From assembly GCA_963674755.2 (NCBI GenBank), contig CAXXVS010000002.1, positions 704,001 to 768,000 on the forward strand: a stretch of 64,000 nucleotides of DNA. Direction: 5' to 3'. Made by a program: the position numbers and the translations under genes. Every line of letters begins with the position of its first letter. The first letter of the stretch is position 1. This document shows, one piece after another, positions 62,636 through 64,000 of this stretch. The stretch comes from Desulfobacterales bacterium (GTDB lineage: Bacteria; Desulfobacterota; Desulfobacteria; Desulfobacterales; UBA5852). The notes beneath the pieces were generated by a model. The model saw nothing but the letters and a program-made list of their open reading frames with translations. It searched no databases and was not told the DNA's origin.

Positions 62636-62777
62636 AAGAAGACCTCTTTTCTTTAATCCGCCCGAGGCGGATGCGGGTTTGATTCTCCGGCGCGGGCCGT
62701 GTTGGATGACTTATGCCGCCGGTCCATCAGGGTGCGGCGGGGCTGCGCATTCGTATACGGGTAACGTGCTTCGGATA

Positions 62778-63728
62778 TCACGGCGGCGTAATCAGCCGCA
62801 AGCGCCCGGGCAGGATACCGATTTCCAGCCAGTCCATCGCCGGCAAGGGGTCGCCGTCCATCTGGACGGATAGGGGGCGATCGGACCAGCAGCAAACATG
62901 CTGCCCCTGGCGATAGCGGCTGAAACCCGGAGGCGGGCGGCGCCCCCGCAGCGCGGCCTGGAACGCACGGAACCATACGCCGGGTGTGGATCGCCGGCGG
63001 GTCACCAAGTCCAGCCGGCCGTCGTTCATGCGCGCCTCCGGCGCCATGGCCCACCCTTTGGCATAGCAGCGCGTGTTGGCGATCACGGCGGCCCGGCAAA
63101 CATCGGGTTGATCGGCCCTATTCGTACAGATATGGAAAAGGGGTTCGGCCGGAGATCGAAGGGCTTTTAAAGCGGCCGCCAGATATACCGGATCACCCCA
63201 ACGGCGATAGAGGGCTTCCAAGGTGCCGTAACGCAGCTCCTGGGTCAGGTGCACCACGCGTGCGCCGAAGCCGATTTCAACCATGGCCAGAAACACGAGC
63301 GCATCCCTGCTGTGGGGTCGGATGCGCAAGGTGCCGATGTCCAGGCGGCGGATGCGGCCTTCGGTCAGCAGCGCAATCGCCGCTTCCGGCCGCAAAGGGA
63401 TGCCCTGGTCGCGTGCCACCACATTGGCGTTGCCCGTGGGCACAAAGCCGATGGGCAAGGGGGCCGGCATTTGGCACAACCCGGCGCATACATCCCGCAG
63501 GGTACCGTCGCCGGCGATGACCACCAGAAGATCGGAACGCTCCGCCAGGCGGGGCACCACTTGGTTGCGGGTGCGGCTCGGCGCTTGGGTCCTTTCGCAG
63601 GCCACGATTTGCCAACCGCAGGCTTGGAGTCGCCGACGCACCGGTGCGATCAGGTCGGGGGCCTGGCATCGCCCGGCGCCGGCATGGTATAAAATAGCCG
63701 CTTTACCAGGAGTCAAAATGACCCTCAA
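62778..63728 (-). CDS. Diacylglycerol/lipid kinase family protein
   Basis: AGDGT, PTGNANV, DGRLD, QMDGD. Confidence 0.88.
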   Translation of the reverse strand: MRVILTPGKAAILYHAGAGRCQAPDLIAPVRRRLQACGWQIVACERTQAPSRTRNQVVPRLAERSDLLVVIAGDGTLRDVCAGLCQMPAPLPIGFVPTGNANVVARDQGIPLRPEAAIALLTEGRIRRLDIGTLRIRPHSRDALVFLAMVEIGFGARVVHLTQELRYGTLEALYRRWGDPVYLAAALKALRSPAEPLFHICTNRADQPDVCRAAVIANTRCYAKGWAMAPEARMNDGRLDLVTRRRSTPGVWFRAFQAALRGRRPPPGFSRYRQGQHVCCWSDRPLSVQMDGDPLPAMDWLEIGILPGRLRLITPP

Positions 63729-64000
63729 TCCGTGAGAGAAGGGTTGTTAACCGCCGTGCGGGTCTGACTTTCCGAAAGGCGGGACGCTAAGGTCACCCTT
63801 TACTGCACATCCTCTCGGTTCGCAAGCGGCCATCCAGGAAAGCCGCCCGCGCGGCCTGAGGGCCGGGAGGGGTGCATGGCGCTTCGCTGTCCTCACGTCT
63901 GCCCTATTGAGGATCCGTCCGGCGATCGTCGCTTTGGGTTCCGGCGCAGACCAAAAATCAGCTTGAATTTTACGGCCGCTTTCAATAATGGAGATAGGGT

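Overview
GC-rich bacterial chromosome segment; gene content and order point to a sulfate-reducing deltaproteobacterium of the Desulfobacterales type (inference). Most of the window (about 9.9-64 kb) is housekeeping or ordinary accessory DNA: recD2, yciH, coaBC-UDG-nfeD-SPFH, xerC-hslVU-argBDGH-dapF-folK-transaldolase-pgsA-tRNA-Gly/Cys, pyrC, cinA, rlmD, feoAB, an EmrAB-type pump, proA, HIT, a B12 radical SAM, HU and hisN. The most interesting part is an AT-rich island (about 1.5-5.4 kb) on the 3' side of tRNA-Arg(CCT). It is an array of co-oriented genes, including a stand-alone OLD-type ATPase-TOPRIM nuclease. The genes are separated by a recurring CG(A/T)CC(C)T junction motif, and the island also holds a well-formed 63-bp attC site, attI-like sites and a 42-bp direct repeat, with no integrase or transposase gene inside it. 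Other notable items are a chemoreceptor with two periplasmic CZB domains, a probable lysA deletion scar, a 17-aa peptide ORF with a very strong SD upstream of feoAB, an 82-nt G-free array in front of an RHH gene, and two MITE/REP-like elements. All calls come from reading the sequence; no database search was run.
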